Below, in pieces: positions 53,428 to 64,000 of a stretch of 64,000 nucleotides of DNA. Location of the stretch: contig OX597830.1 of NCBI GenBank assembly GCA_951406725.2, forward strand, positions 42,284,001-42,348,000, read 5' to 3'. The number at the start of each line of letters is the position of its first letter. Position 1 is the stretch's first letter. Position numbers and translations under genes: made by a program. The DNA is from Octopus vulgaris (lineage: Eukaryota). A model generated the notes under the pieces. It saw only the letters and a program-made list of their open reading frames with translations. It was not told where the DNA came from and did not search any database.

Positions 53428-55785
53428 ATTCTTTTATTCTTTTATTTGTTTCAGTCCTTTGACTGTGGCCATGCTGGAGCACCACCTTTTAGTCAAGCAA
53501 ATCGACCCCAGGACTTATTCTTTGTAAGCCTAGTACTTATTCTATTGGTCCCTCTTTCCGAACTGCTAAGTTACGGGGACGTAAACACACCAGCATCGGT
53601 TGTCAGGGGACGTTGGGGGGGGGGGGACAAACACAGACACACAGACATATACATACACATATATGTATACCACATATATAACGGGAAGCTTTATGAAAAT
53701 AAACTAAAGACGAAGGCAGGTGGAATACAAACAAACAATTGTATTAGTATGGCGCTCAGGAATATAAATAAAACAAGTCTTTTACGTTTCGAGCCTACGC
53801 TTTTTGACAGAAAGATACACAGAAAAGAAACACAGAAAGAAACAAGAAGAGAAAAAAATGCGTGCAGAGGCTAGCAAATCAACATGGCGATCTGATTTCG
53901 GCCAGAAGTCAAAGATCAAACGTGTGACGCAAGAGCGAAATTAGGGGAGATAATAGGGTTAAATGACCTCGCCTCAACATAAGAGTGTGTGTGTGTATGA
54001 GAGAGTATGTAGTGCATATGAGAGGTCTGGACGTGTGTATGTATATATGATGTGATGTGTAAAGTCGTATGGTGTAGTGTAGAGAGAGGGGAGAGGGGAA
54101 GAGGGGAGAGAGGGGAGTGGGAGATGAGATGAGATGAGGGGTGAGGGTGAGGGGGAGAAGGGAAGGGGGAGAAGGAAGGAGAGGAGAAGAGGAGGGAGGA
54201 GAGAGGGAGAGGGGGAGAGAGAGAAGGGGAGTGAGGGAGCAGAGAGAAAGAGGGAAGAAGGGAAGAGGAGTAGGGGTGAAAGGATGAAGGACTGAAGAGA
54301 AGTAGGGGTCGGGGGGAGGTTAGATGAGGAGGGGGGGAGAGTTGAGACCAAATGGCGTAAAAGAGCGAAGAGAGAAGATTAATTCCTGTTCATGGCGCAA
54401 ACGGGAATCCGGATGGCCTCTGTGCAAGGACAAACCGAACACAGACAGGTGTTGCAAGGAGTGACCGGTGGAGCGGAAATGGTATGAGACCGGTGTGTCA
54501 TTGGCAAGGCAGATGTCACGGAGGTGTTCCGCGAACCGGTCAGCCAAGCGGCGTCCCGTTTGTCCGATGTACAGGGAATGGCAGAGAGAGCAAGAGACGC
54601 AATAGATGATATTGCTGGAGGTGCAGGTAAAGGAGTTGAGGATGCGATAGGGTGCCAGTGAGGAGGGTGGTGTTGGAGAGGTAAGGGCAAGTGCAGCAAC
54701 GTGGGCGGGAGCAGGGGAACGAGCCAGGCTGGGAGGTAGGGTTAGGGAAGGAGCTATGGACCAAAAGGTCTCGTAGGTTATGGGCTCGTTTGAAAGAGGG
54801 AAGAGGTGTGAAGTGGATGGGTCGGACTGGAGATGCCAGAAAGCTCGAAGAATGGTGCGTTGGAGAGGTAGGGTCGTGAGGTGGTAAGTGAGGGGAAAAG
54901 GGAGGCGGGAGACTACAGGGTGGGTTCGGGGAGAGAGAGCAGATGCACGGTCTACGGAACGTGCTCTGGCAAGGGCGGTGTGGATAGTGGTGAGGGGGTA
55001 TCCACGTAGGATGAAGTGGTGAGCCATACGTTGAGACTAAGTCTCAAAGTCATGGTCGTCACTACAGAGCCTACGTAGACAGAGGAATTAGGAATAGGGG
55101 ATGGAAAGCTTGGTGTGTTCTGGGTGGGAGGAAGAGAAGTTGAGGTATGAGTGTGAGTCTGTGTGTTTGTAGTGAATGGAGGTGGTAAGAGTGGAGTGAA
55201 GAATGCTGACCGAAATGTCGAGGAAGGAGACAGAGGTGTTGGAGATAGTGGAGGTGAAGTGGAGGGCTGGATGGAAAGATTGAACGAAAGAGAGGAAGGA
55301 ATCTAGATGTTCACGGGAGAGTGAGGTGGCACCGATAATGTCGTCAATGTAACGACCATATAGTTCAGGAGTGGGACCAGTGAAATTAGAGAATATTTGG
55401 GCCTCAACATAGCCAACGAACAGGTTTGCATAGTTGGGGCCCATTCGCGTTCCCATGGCCACTCCCGAGACCTGATGGTAGAACTCGCCTGTGAACGAGA
55501 AGCAGTTGAGAGTAAGGACAAGTTCGGCCAGACGAATGAGTGTGGAGGTGTCAGGTTCAGGGTTGGGGCGGAGGTCGAGAAAGTGTTGAAGTGCCCGCAG
55601 TCCTTTGTGGTGAGGGATAACGGTATATATACGACGGGCTTCTTTCAGTTTCCGTCAACCAAATCCACTCACAAGGCTTTGGTCAGCCTGAGGCTATAGT
55701 AGAAGACACTTGCCCAAGGTGCCACGCAGTGGGACTGAACCCTGAACCAGGTGTAAGCAAGCTACTTACCACACAGCCACTCCCA
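53428..55785 (-). mobile_element. Family B SINE split by the Penelope insertion
   Basis: 3' half at 53428-53680 and 5' half at 55625-55785; the break falls in the internal (TA)n tract. Confidence 0.85.
53681..55625 (-). mobile_element. Penelope-like retroelement (Neptune-type), 5'-truncated, with 3' pseudo-LTR
   Basis: RT: YTVIPH, GVAMGTRMGPNYANLFVG, RYIDDI, FLDI. Cys linker PCSRPRCCTCP. GIY-YIG: NIIYCVSC..C..LYIGQTGRRLADRFAEH..EQELIF..PFGLN. Non-coding 3' region 53681-54319 has an HHR-like GC-gtag-GCTC-GAAACGTA motif. One stop and at least two frameshifts. Confidence 0.93.
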
Positions 55786-56192
55786 TATAAAGAAATATAT
55801 ATAAAAATGTTTATATTTTTATTCTTATACAAAAATGTTGTTGGCAGTGTCATTGTCAGACTGCCAGCTAAACCATCGTCCAATGATAGCTTAGCTGGCT
55901 GAAACTTCAAAGTTACTATCAACAACTTTCCTGTATGAGAATAATAAATTTTTATTCTAAAAGTATAGAGTGACCCATCTGATTAATGTAAAATTGTTTT
56001 TATTATAACTGAACTTAAAGCAAACATTAATACTAATGTGTGTGTGTGTGTGTGTGTATGTGTGTGTGTGTGTGTGTGTGAATATTTATAGATTTTAATA
56101 TTTCATTTAGGTATTGTGCTACAATTAATCATGTGTTAGAACTTGGTATACATATGCTTCAGTACAAAGTGTCATTCGGGTGCATTTGAGAC

Positions 56193-56412
56193 GACAAAAG
56201 AATAGATAATTGTTATGAGCTTCTTTAGCTTGCTGCTGATTCTGCCATAAGATGCAGTGGAGTCATAGTTGAGTGCCTGAGTAACACCTCATAGCTTCAT
56301 CAGAGCTTCAAACATGAAGTTCCTCAAAGCTCTTGACTGTGAGTGTATTGCATCTCATAGCAGAAACAGCTGTAAGCTAATGAAGTTCATAACAATGTTC
56401 TATTCCTGTGTC
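56193..56412. mobile_element. Second inverted pair of the 52.3-kb HHR repeat family
   Basis: Left (minus) arm keeps GCT-CTGATGAAGCTATGAGG; right (plus, truncated) arm keeps CATAGCA-GAAAC-AGCT-GTA-AGC. Confidence 0.75.
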
Positions 56413-56429
56413 ATCCCAATTTTATGAAG

Positions 56430-57542
56430 GAGACATGCATAGACTGGAGAGAAATGAAGGTAGTATGCTCTGTTGGATTTGCTTGACCGACAAAGTACGA
56501 CTGTGTTGAGAGAAATGTTAGGCATAAGAGGGATTAAATGTGGGATGTAGGAGAGAAGAATGCATTGGTTTGGACATGTGATGCATATGTGTGAAGACAG
56601 CTGTATACAGGAAGTGCCTGTCACTGAAAGTGGATGGTACCTGTGGAAGAAGCAAACCCAGGAAGACATGAGATGATTATTGGGCACTGATCTTTGGATG
56701 TTGGACTCACAGAGGAAATGACAATGGACTGAGATGTTTGGCAATATGAGGTTCTAGGGAAGGCCTGCCTACGGCAGTGAATCTGAGTGCTAGAAGAGTT
56801 GCGTTCCACCCACATGTAACAACAAATTTTTCGCATACCCTACCCCAAGAAACCAAACTATTTCTCTTCTAAACAGCATCTTTCTCTTCCTCACATTACC
56901 TCTTTATAAACTTTGATTGTCTTCTTGTCCTCACTGCTCTTTTCTGCCCTCACTGCCCTTCCTTGCCCTCACTTCTCTGCTCACAGTATCGCTGCTTCCC
57001 TCCCCCACATATTTTTATTCAGGTTTTTGTCAGTCATTGCAATCCCCACTCCTTATTTGTGCCTTCTTGGCAACTCCCAACTGCATGTATCACGACCTTC
57101 ATTCCTCTCTCTTCTTTACTCTACCATCACATCTATGCTCTAATCCTTGTTACTTGTGAGCATTACCTGGCACTTCACGCTCTCTCTCCTGCTCTCTCTT
57201 ACACTTTTGCTGTTTCCTACTCTCACTCTCTCTCTCACTCTTTTCCTTGTTCTTCCTTCTGGATGGGTAGCCGTGCATCTCCTCTATGGCAACATACGTA
57301 TTTCTGCCCTCATTCTTGGTTGCTCTCCCTCTCTCTCTCTCCTCTTGTTTTCCATCTGACTAGGAAACCAAGTATCTCCTTTACATCAGCACACCTGTTT
57401 CTGTTCTCTTTCTTGATCCTCTCTCTCTTCCTCTCCCTCCCTCTCCTTCTCTCCCTCCCTCTCCTTCTCTCTTCTCCCTCTCTCTCTCTATTGATAGTTT
57501 TCTTCCCTCCGTCTCCCTCTCTGTCCGTCTCCCTCTCTGTCC

Positions 57543-57588
<46 letters not shown>

Positions 57589-57835
57589 ATTGGGTAACCA
57601 TGTGCTTCCTCTATAGCAAACACCTATTTCTACCTCTCTATTTCTTTGTCACACACTAATCTTTCATCATCTGATACTGGATCACCTCCTCCAATGTCCC
57701 CTCACGTTATAACCAGACACCTGCTTCTGCCTTTCTGTCTCTTTATCACACTCTAACCTTTCATCCTCTCACACAACTTCCCCTCCTCAAACGCCCTGCC
57801 CCTCTCATAATTCTTTGTCTTGCAAGTTACTGTGT
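56430..57835 (+). mobile_element. RTE-clade LINE 3' fragment with long pyrimidine-rich UTR
   Basis: RLERNE..ML..RRMHWFGHVMHMCEDSCI..GTCGRSKPRKT; related to 42661-43139 but more decayed. Confidence 0.75.
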
Positions 57836-58146
57836 TGTTAGGCCATTTTGGTGGAAAGAAATTATTGACTGACCTTTTTCTTGTGCCAATACCATACCTG
57901 CAATAAAAGAAAATATAATTTGAAGATTTTGTGAAGTAAAAGACATCATACATGACTTTACATACATGGTTATTAATTATTAGTTTGAATGCGATTCCAA
58001 TTTGAAATCATGAAGAGGAATGTGATTTTCACTTTTTAGGAAATATAACCAATTCCACAAACTGTTGATTATTTGCAATATCTATTGGTTTTCAACAGTT
58101 TTTCTTTCAAATCTTATTGGATAACAGATAAACTGTTAACATAATA

Positions 58147-58355
58147 TTCTTTTCTACTCTAGGCACAAGGTCCGGAATTTTGGGGGAGAGGCCAGTCAAT
58201 TAGATCGACCCCAGGATGCAATTTATTGCCCCCACAAAAGGATAAAAGGCAAAGTCGACCTTGGCAGAATTTGAACTCAGAACGTAAAGACAGACAAAAT
58301 TCTGCTAAGCATTTCACCTGGTGTGCTAACATTTCTGCGAGCTCATCACCCTCCC
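58147..58355 (-). mobile_element. SINE family A
   Basis: Reverse-complement core and head. Another copy lies at about 60060-60225. Confidence 0.8.
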
Positions 58356-58469
58356 GTTAAAATAATATTAAATCATTAACATTCACATGATATTTCACAC
58401 GAAATAGCAAAGAAGATGGTGTTTGCCAAAATCATTGGCCATAATTGTACATACATACTTACATACATG

Positions 58470-58512
<43 letters not shown>

Positions 58513-58956
58513 TGGTTTTTCTACAATTTTGAACCACACACACACACACATATGTATACATAGCAGTAACTCAATATAAGAAAGATAAAGAAGTTCAAGC
58601 ACAACAGGCACTCAATAGAATTAAATGTTTGCATGGAGTGGTTGCCAGTCTATCACATGTAATATCTATAAAATATATAGGAATATTTATATGTCACCAG
58701 GTGAATTGGGGCATGTAGAATTAAGTGTACTGTTATGAAATTTTATGAAATGTCAAAAAGTAAGTCATGACACATCAACTGATAATCTAATTCCTTATTT
58801 ATATATCTATGTTTCTGCCATTTTATTATATATTATATTATATATTATGTATTATATTTCATTGTTTACATCCCTGTAACTTAGCAGTTCAGCAAAAGAG
58901 ACCAATAGAATAAGAACCAGGCTTAAAAAAAAAACATAAGTACTGGGATTGATTCA

Positions 58957-59508
58957 GTTCTATATTTAAGAGATGAGGAATTATTTACATTATTTACATT
59001 CAACGGATATTTGTCCTCATCTTGTTTGTTGTTAACACAATGTTTCGGCTGATATACCCTCCAGCCTTCTTCAGGTGTCTTGGGGAAATTTCGAACCTGG
59101 GTTCTCATTCCTAAGGTATTTTTCAATGTTATTATTATTGTTACTATTATTAATATTGTTGTTATTGTTCAGGTCACTGCTTGGAATCGAACTCCGAATC
59201 TTTGGGTTAGTAGTCCGCGCTCTTTACCACTACGTCATGTCCACAGGCATATGACGTAGTGGTTAAGAGTGCAGGCTACTAACCCCCAGATTCCAAGTTT
59301 GATTCGAAGCAGTGACCTGAACAATAGCAATAATAATAATAATAGTAATAATAATAATAACATCGAAAAATACCTTAGGAATGAGTACACAGGTTTGAAA
59401 TTTCCCCAAGACACCTGAAGAAGGCTGGAGGGTATATCAGCTGAAACGTTGTGTTAACAACAAACAAGATGAGGACAAATATCCGTCGAATGTAAATAAT
59501 GTAAATAA
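58957..59508. mobile_element. Head-to-head inverted dimer of a tRNA-derived SINE with hammerhead-ribozyme tail
   Basis: Arms 58980-59238 and 59251-59509 are reverse complements. tRNA head has A box TGaCGTAGTGG and B box GTTCGATTC. (AAT)n linker. HHR gacac-CTGAAGA-A-GGCTG..CAGCC/T-GAAAC-GTT-gtgtt at 59410-59455(+) and 59034-59079(-). TSD TGGGATTgATTCA 58944-58956 / 59509-59521, inside a family B SINE. Confidence 0.85.
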
Positions 59509-60321
59509 TGGGATTAATTCATTTGACTAAAAGTGAATTCTTCAAGGTGGTGCCCCAGCATGGCCATAGTCTAATGATTAAAACAAGTAAAAGATAAAAG
59601 ATGAATGGATAAAGATTGCTATATTATCCAGCCATAGAAATCATGCCAAAACAGACATAGAACCTGAACAGCTCTTCAGCTGGTCAGCTCCTGTAAGACC
59701 GTCCAACCCATGCCAGCATGGAAAACAGACGTTAAATGATGATGATAATGGGGATGATGATGAAGATGATGATTATTCCTAGCATGGTTTTTTTTTCCAT
59801 GGTCTTCTGTGTCATAACCAATCAATGTTTTTCCTCTCTTTATAATTTTGCCTGTCTCACTTGTGTATAAGAGTACTTATAAGACAGTACCATTGAAGAA
59901 ATTTGCACATAGGGTCTTGTCGAGCTTTGCTTTTGATCACACCTTTTATCAAGAAAAACACCTTCCCTCCTGAAAATGGAGCGAAATGAACAACATGATT
60001 GCTGAATACTGAAAGCACAACTTCCATTAGATTGGATATGTTGTAAGGTTCACAGTTTAAAATTACATCAACACACCCACCAATGTTCAACTGGTACTTA
60101 TTTTATCGACCCCAAAAGGATGAAAAGCAAAGTTGACTTGGGTGACATTTGAACTTAGAAAGTAAAAATGGTTGAAATGCTGTTAAGTATTTTGTCCGGC
60201 ATGGTAATGATTCTGCCTGCTTGCTAAATTATACCCTTTTAGAATATTGCTTAACTGGCATTCTGTCTATTTATGGTAGCGATTCCAATTTTTATTCCAA
60301 ATATATGATAATTTGTGAAAT

Positions 60322-60963
60322 ACATGTTTGTCTATGAATGGTTTCACTGTCAGCAATACAACAGTGAAATTGTGAAATAGAAAATATTAATTGAAGTGAA
60401 GAAAAATTAAGAATAATAACATTAAGTGAAGATGGAAATTACTGTTAAAGAAGATATTGCATTTTTCTTAGCACAATTGAATTTGAAAACATTTGAGAGT
60501 TTGTTGAAGAAAAAGTTGTCAGTTAATTTTACCAGGCTGCATGGCTTCATAGAAGTTACCATGCAAGCTGGCTGGCTGGCTGGTTGGCTGGTTTATGCAA
60601 GCAAGGAGATTCCAGATGTGCTCTCTCCATTAGATCACATTCAAAATGATGATAGTATGACACAGATTCTTCCTGGAAGAGCTGGAGGCATGAGTGTAAA
60701 TTCTTCACAATTTTTTTTTTAAAACTAAAATAATAATAAAGATAACCAAGACAAAAACAAATAAAAAAAATAGAAACCAAAAAATTTTCATGTAGAATCT
60801 CTGAATGTTTGAGATAGGAAAATAGAATGAAATTTTTTTTCCTCTTGAAAGTGATATGAAAAATGAAAAAAAAAATTTAAATTAAAGAAAAAAATAAAAG
60901 AAAAAGAATAAAATTTTAGGAATAGTCACACAGACACACACAGACACAGACAGACAGACAGAC

Positions 60964-60998
<35 letters not shown>

Positions 60999-61417
60999 TA
61001 CACACACACACACACACACACATGCATACAAAATGCAGATGGATGATTTACATCAGCTTGAAGATGAAAAGAAAATCTCTCAGAAGTAAAGCACTTTTAT
61101 GTAAAGCAATTAGTCAAGAACAAGAAATACCATCGAAAATAATTCATAGAAAGAAATTTAATTATTTGTGTTCAATGTTGCCTAGTGTTGTTGTCGTCAA
61201 ACCATTTTGTTTTATAGCAGGGAAAATGTCAATATTCTCCATTAGTTCTTTACAGAAACTAAAAGTCCAATGTAAATATTGATTGAGACAGGCTCTTTTA
61301 CAATTCTCCATATACTGAAGTGAATGGAACACATACTTGAAATTTCTGAAATTTTAATTATTCAATTTTGTTAGAATGTAAGTTTTAATATTAATTGTTC
61401 TTCTCTGTCTCTGTCTG

Positions 61418-61484
<67 letters not shown>

Positions 61485-61912
61485 CTTTAATATACATATC
61501 AAAGAAATAGAACCATTTACTTCGAAGCTTAACTATTCTTAATGTACCATCACCACTATCACCACCACCACCACCACCGTCACCATCACCTTCATTATTA
61601 TTATTTTAAAACAATAAAGATTTTTTTAAAAATTTTAATATGTTATATATTTGGAAAAGAAACAAAACAAAAAAACAAAACACAGCAAAAAACAATGACC
61701 AAAAAATGAAAACCACGCAAGTTGTATCTTGGGGTGGCCTTTTTCTCTCTTAATTAGCACCTGAATATCACATGTTCTCTATAAATGATTTGACTGTCAG
61801 CAATGTCGAAAATATTAATTAAAGTAATGAAAACCAAGAGAATAGCATTGAGTGAATACGGAAGTTGCTATTAAATGAGACTCTGCATTTCTTTAGCACA
61901 ATTGAATTTTAA
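60322..61912 (+). repeat. Diverged direct duplication of ~150-bp unique non-coding sequence
   Basis: 60322-60488 aligns with 61770-61912 (ACTGTCAGCAAT..GAAAATATTAATT..TGCATTT..TTAGCACAATTGAATTT). Confidence 0.75.
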
Positions 61913-61919
61913 CGCAGAG

Positions 61920-62060
61920 TATTATCATTATCATTATATTTATCACCACCACCACCACCACCATCATCATCACCATCATCATCACTTTTATCATCATTTC
62001 TATTATTATTATGATGATGATGATGATGATGATGATGACAACGCCGACAGCGACGACGGC

Positions 62061-62091
<31 letters not shown>

Positions 62092-62331
62092 GCCCTCAGT
62101 GATTAAAGAAAGGATCATCGTCATCATCTTCATTGTCGTTGTTTCATCGTCACCACCACCACCACCACCACCACCACCACCATCACCACCTCCACCACCA
62201 CCACCACCACCACCACCACCACCACCATTACCATCATCAAGCTCCCACCACAATCATCATCATCATTGTCATCATCATCCGTATCAGCAGCAGCATCTTC
62301 CTCCTCTTCGTCATCGTCGTGATTGTTATTG

Positions 62332-62362
<31 letters not shown>
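61920..62362. repeat. (CAT/CAC/GAT)n trinucleotide compound repeat
   Basis: Direct inspection. Confidence 0.9.
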
Positions 62363-63162
62363 TGCATGTAAGGCAGACAGACAAGTTTTTACCTTGATCG
62401 CTCAGTGTTTTTCTTAAATTTTATTACAATTTATTTAATGAAAAGAGTTTCTTTTTGGATTATTTGCGAATAAAGGAATTATAGAAATTTTGGATGTTAT
62501 TCTGTTACCCTAGGGTATACATAAAGTCTGGCAGTTATTTTAATTAAAATAAAAGTCATTTTTATTTACAAAGTCTTAAAAATGACTTCATCTTTTGGAG
62601 GAGAGAAGAGAGTGTTTGTTGCAGTAGTGGTAGCATTAATGTAAATAGACACATCCTTTAAGAAGACCTATACTCTACAGCTGAAGTGTTGAGACTGGTC
62701 CCTCTGGTGGTGAAAAGCACCCGTGGCAGTCCACATAAAAGTGCTTGTGGGACACCATGTAAAAATGTCCATGTGGCACCTTGTAAAAGTGCCAATGCAG
62801 TGCCCCATAAAAGCACTTGTGTGGTGCCATTTAAAAGCACTTTGTAAAGTGGTTGGCATGTTAGGAAGAGCATCCAGCTGTAGAAACCATGCTAAATCAG
62901 TCTGGAGTCTGGTGCAGCCACCACCCTCCTCCCGGCTTGCCAGCTCTGGTCAAACAGTCCAATCCATGCTAGCATGGACGACACATGTTAAATGATGATG
63001 ATGAAGATGATGATGATGAGGATGATGATGATGATGATGGTGATGATGATGGTGATGGTGATGATGATGATGATGATGATATAGTTGCTGACATGGCTGC
63101 AGTTGAATGACTGAAACTAGTAAAAGACAAAATATATACAAGAAAAATAAATAGGCTTTGTA

Positions 63163-63300
63163 GGTGCAGGAGTGGCTACAGAGTGGAATAAGTACTAGGC
63201 TTACAAAAAATAAGTCCTGGGGTCGATTTGTTTGACTAAAGGTGGTGCTCCAGCATGGTCACAGTCAAATGACTGAAACATGTAAATGAACAAATGAATA
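63163..63300 (+). mobile_element. Internally deleted family B SINE
   Basis: Head GGTGCAGGAGTGGCT joined almost directly to the 3' part GAATAAGTACTAGGCTTAC. Confidence 0.7.
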
Positions 63301-64000
63301 AAAGAAAAGTAATAAAAAAGGGAAAGAAAACAAACTAATAATACCAAACAAGCAGATGCAGCAAACATTAAAATGAAGGCAAAAAAAAAAAATTAACAAA
63401 CAATAGCACAGGTTTTTCCTACATAGGTTACATACAATATCTAGACATAAGTCAGTTTGAAAACAAAAAAAAATATGAATAAGGCAACATGGGAGATTAT
63501 GTTACAAAGGCCAGTGCCTCCTTGCCTGAGCAACTCATTTAGGAGCAGGCAAGAAAATGAAAGCATCTTCCTGTATAGTTAGAAATAGTGAAAGCTTTTA
63601 CACAACTCCCAGAAAACAGTTGCAAGAAGCTGTAACTAATACATAGAAGGATGTAATTTTTATCAATCACAGAAAAGTGTGAAGTAGTGTCTGCTTTGTT
63701 TTTCGGCACCAGAAATAAGATGAAGAGACAAACCAGTCTGGTGCATCAGACACTTCTCAATACACTGGGACCATATTGCATGAGCCAGGACATTACAAAA
63801 ATTGCAATCAGGGGCACTGACTGTGATGTTGAATCCTAGTTGGTTATTATCTTTACAGGTGCAATACAGGTAAGTTGTGAGTGAAGAGAGCATGAACAAT
63901 AACATGCAGCATATGGTCAAGAAGAGCTTGTATGGATCTGAAAGCATTCATGACCCCCACCACCAGACCACAGAGTCATTCCAGAGTTGTGCTTCCGTCT

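Noticed and set aside
56963-57616. 217-aa Leu/Ser-rich ORF
   Set aside because: Pyrimidine-rich LINE 3' UTR and (CT)n; compositional artefact.
59246-59320. Functional tRNA gene
   Set aside because: Poor acceptor stem, no T-run terminator, and continuous with a repeat body; treated as a SINE head. Same for 9369-9440.
63663-64000. Higher-complexity sequence with a 94-aa minus-strand ORF at the window end
   Set aside because: No recognisable motif and truncated by the window; may be a decayed TE, but cannot be supported.

Overview
Eukaryotic, AT-rich, microsatellite-dense and repeat-dominated DNA, probably intronic or intergenic. The SINE families and simple-repeat load look like Octopus (coleoid cephalopod), which is an inference. 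I found no host protein-coding gene; almost all listed ORFs are translated microsatellites or decayed transposons. Recognisable elements are a 5'-truncated Neptune-type Penelope-like retroelement (RT + GIY-YIG), a Tx1/L1 RT fragment, RTE and R4/Dong-type LINE fragments, a near full-length DD34D mariner, a DD37D (maT) element, piggyBac- and Tc1-type MITEs, and dozens of tRNA-derived SINEs, often nested. The most notable signal is a recurring set of short non-coding elements carrying minimal hammerhead-ribozyme (HHR) motifs (CTGAnGA-A-stem-GAAAC-palindrome-GTH), often as head-to-head inverted pairs. One (58957-59508) is a tRNA-headed SINE with an HHR tail, arranged as an inverted dimer with a one-sided extension and a 13-bp TSD. 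A second tRNA-headed inverted element sits at 9209-9565. Together they suggest Pol III SINEs mobilised by Penelope-like machinery. Coordinates were read by eye and may be off by a few bases.
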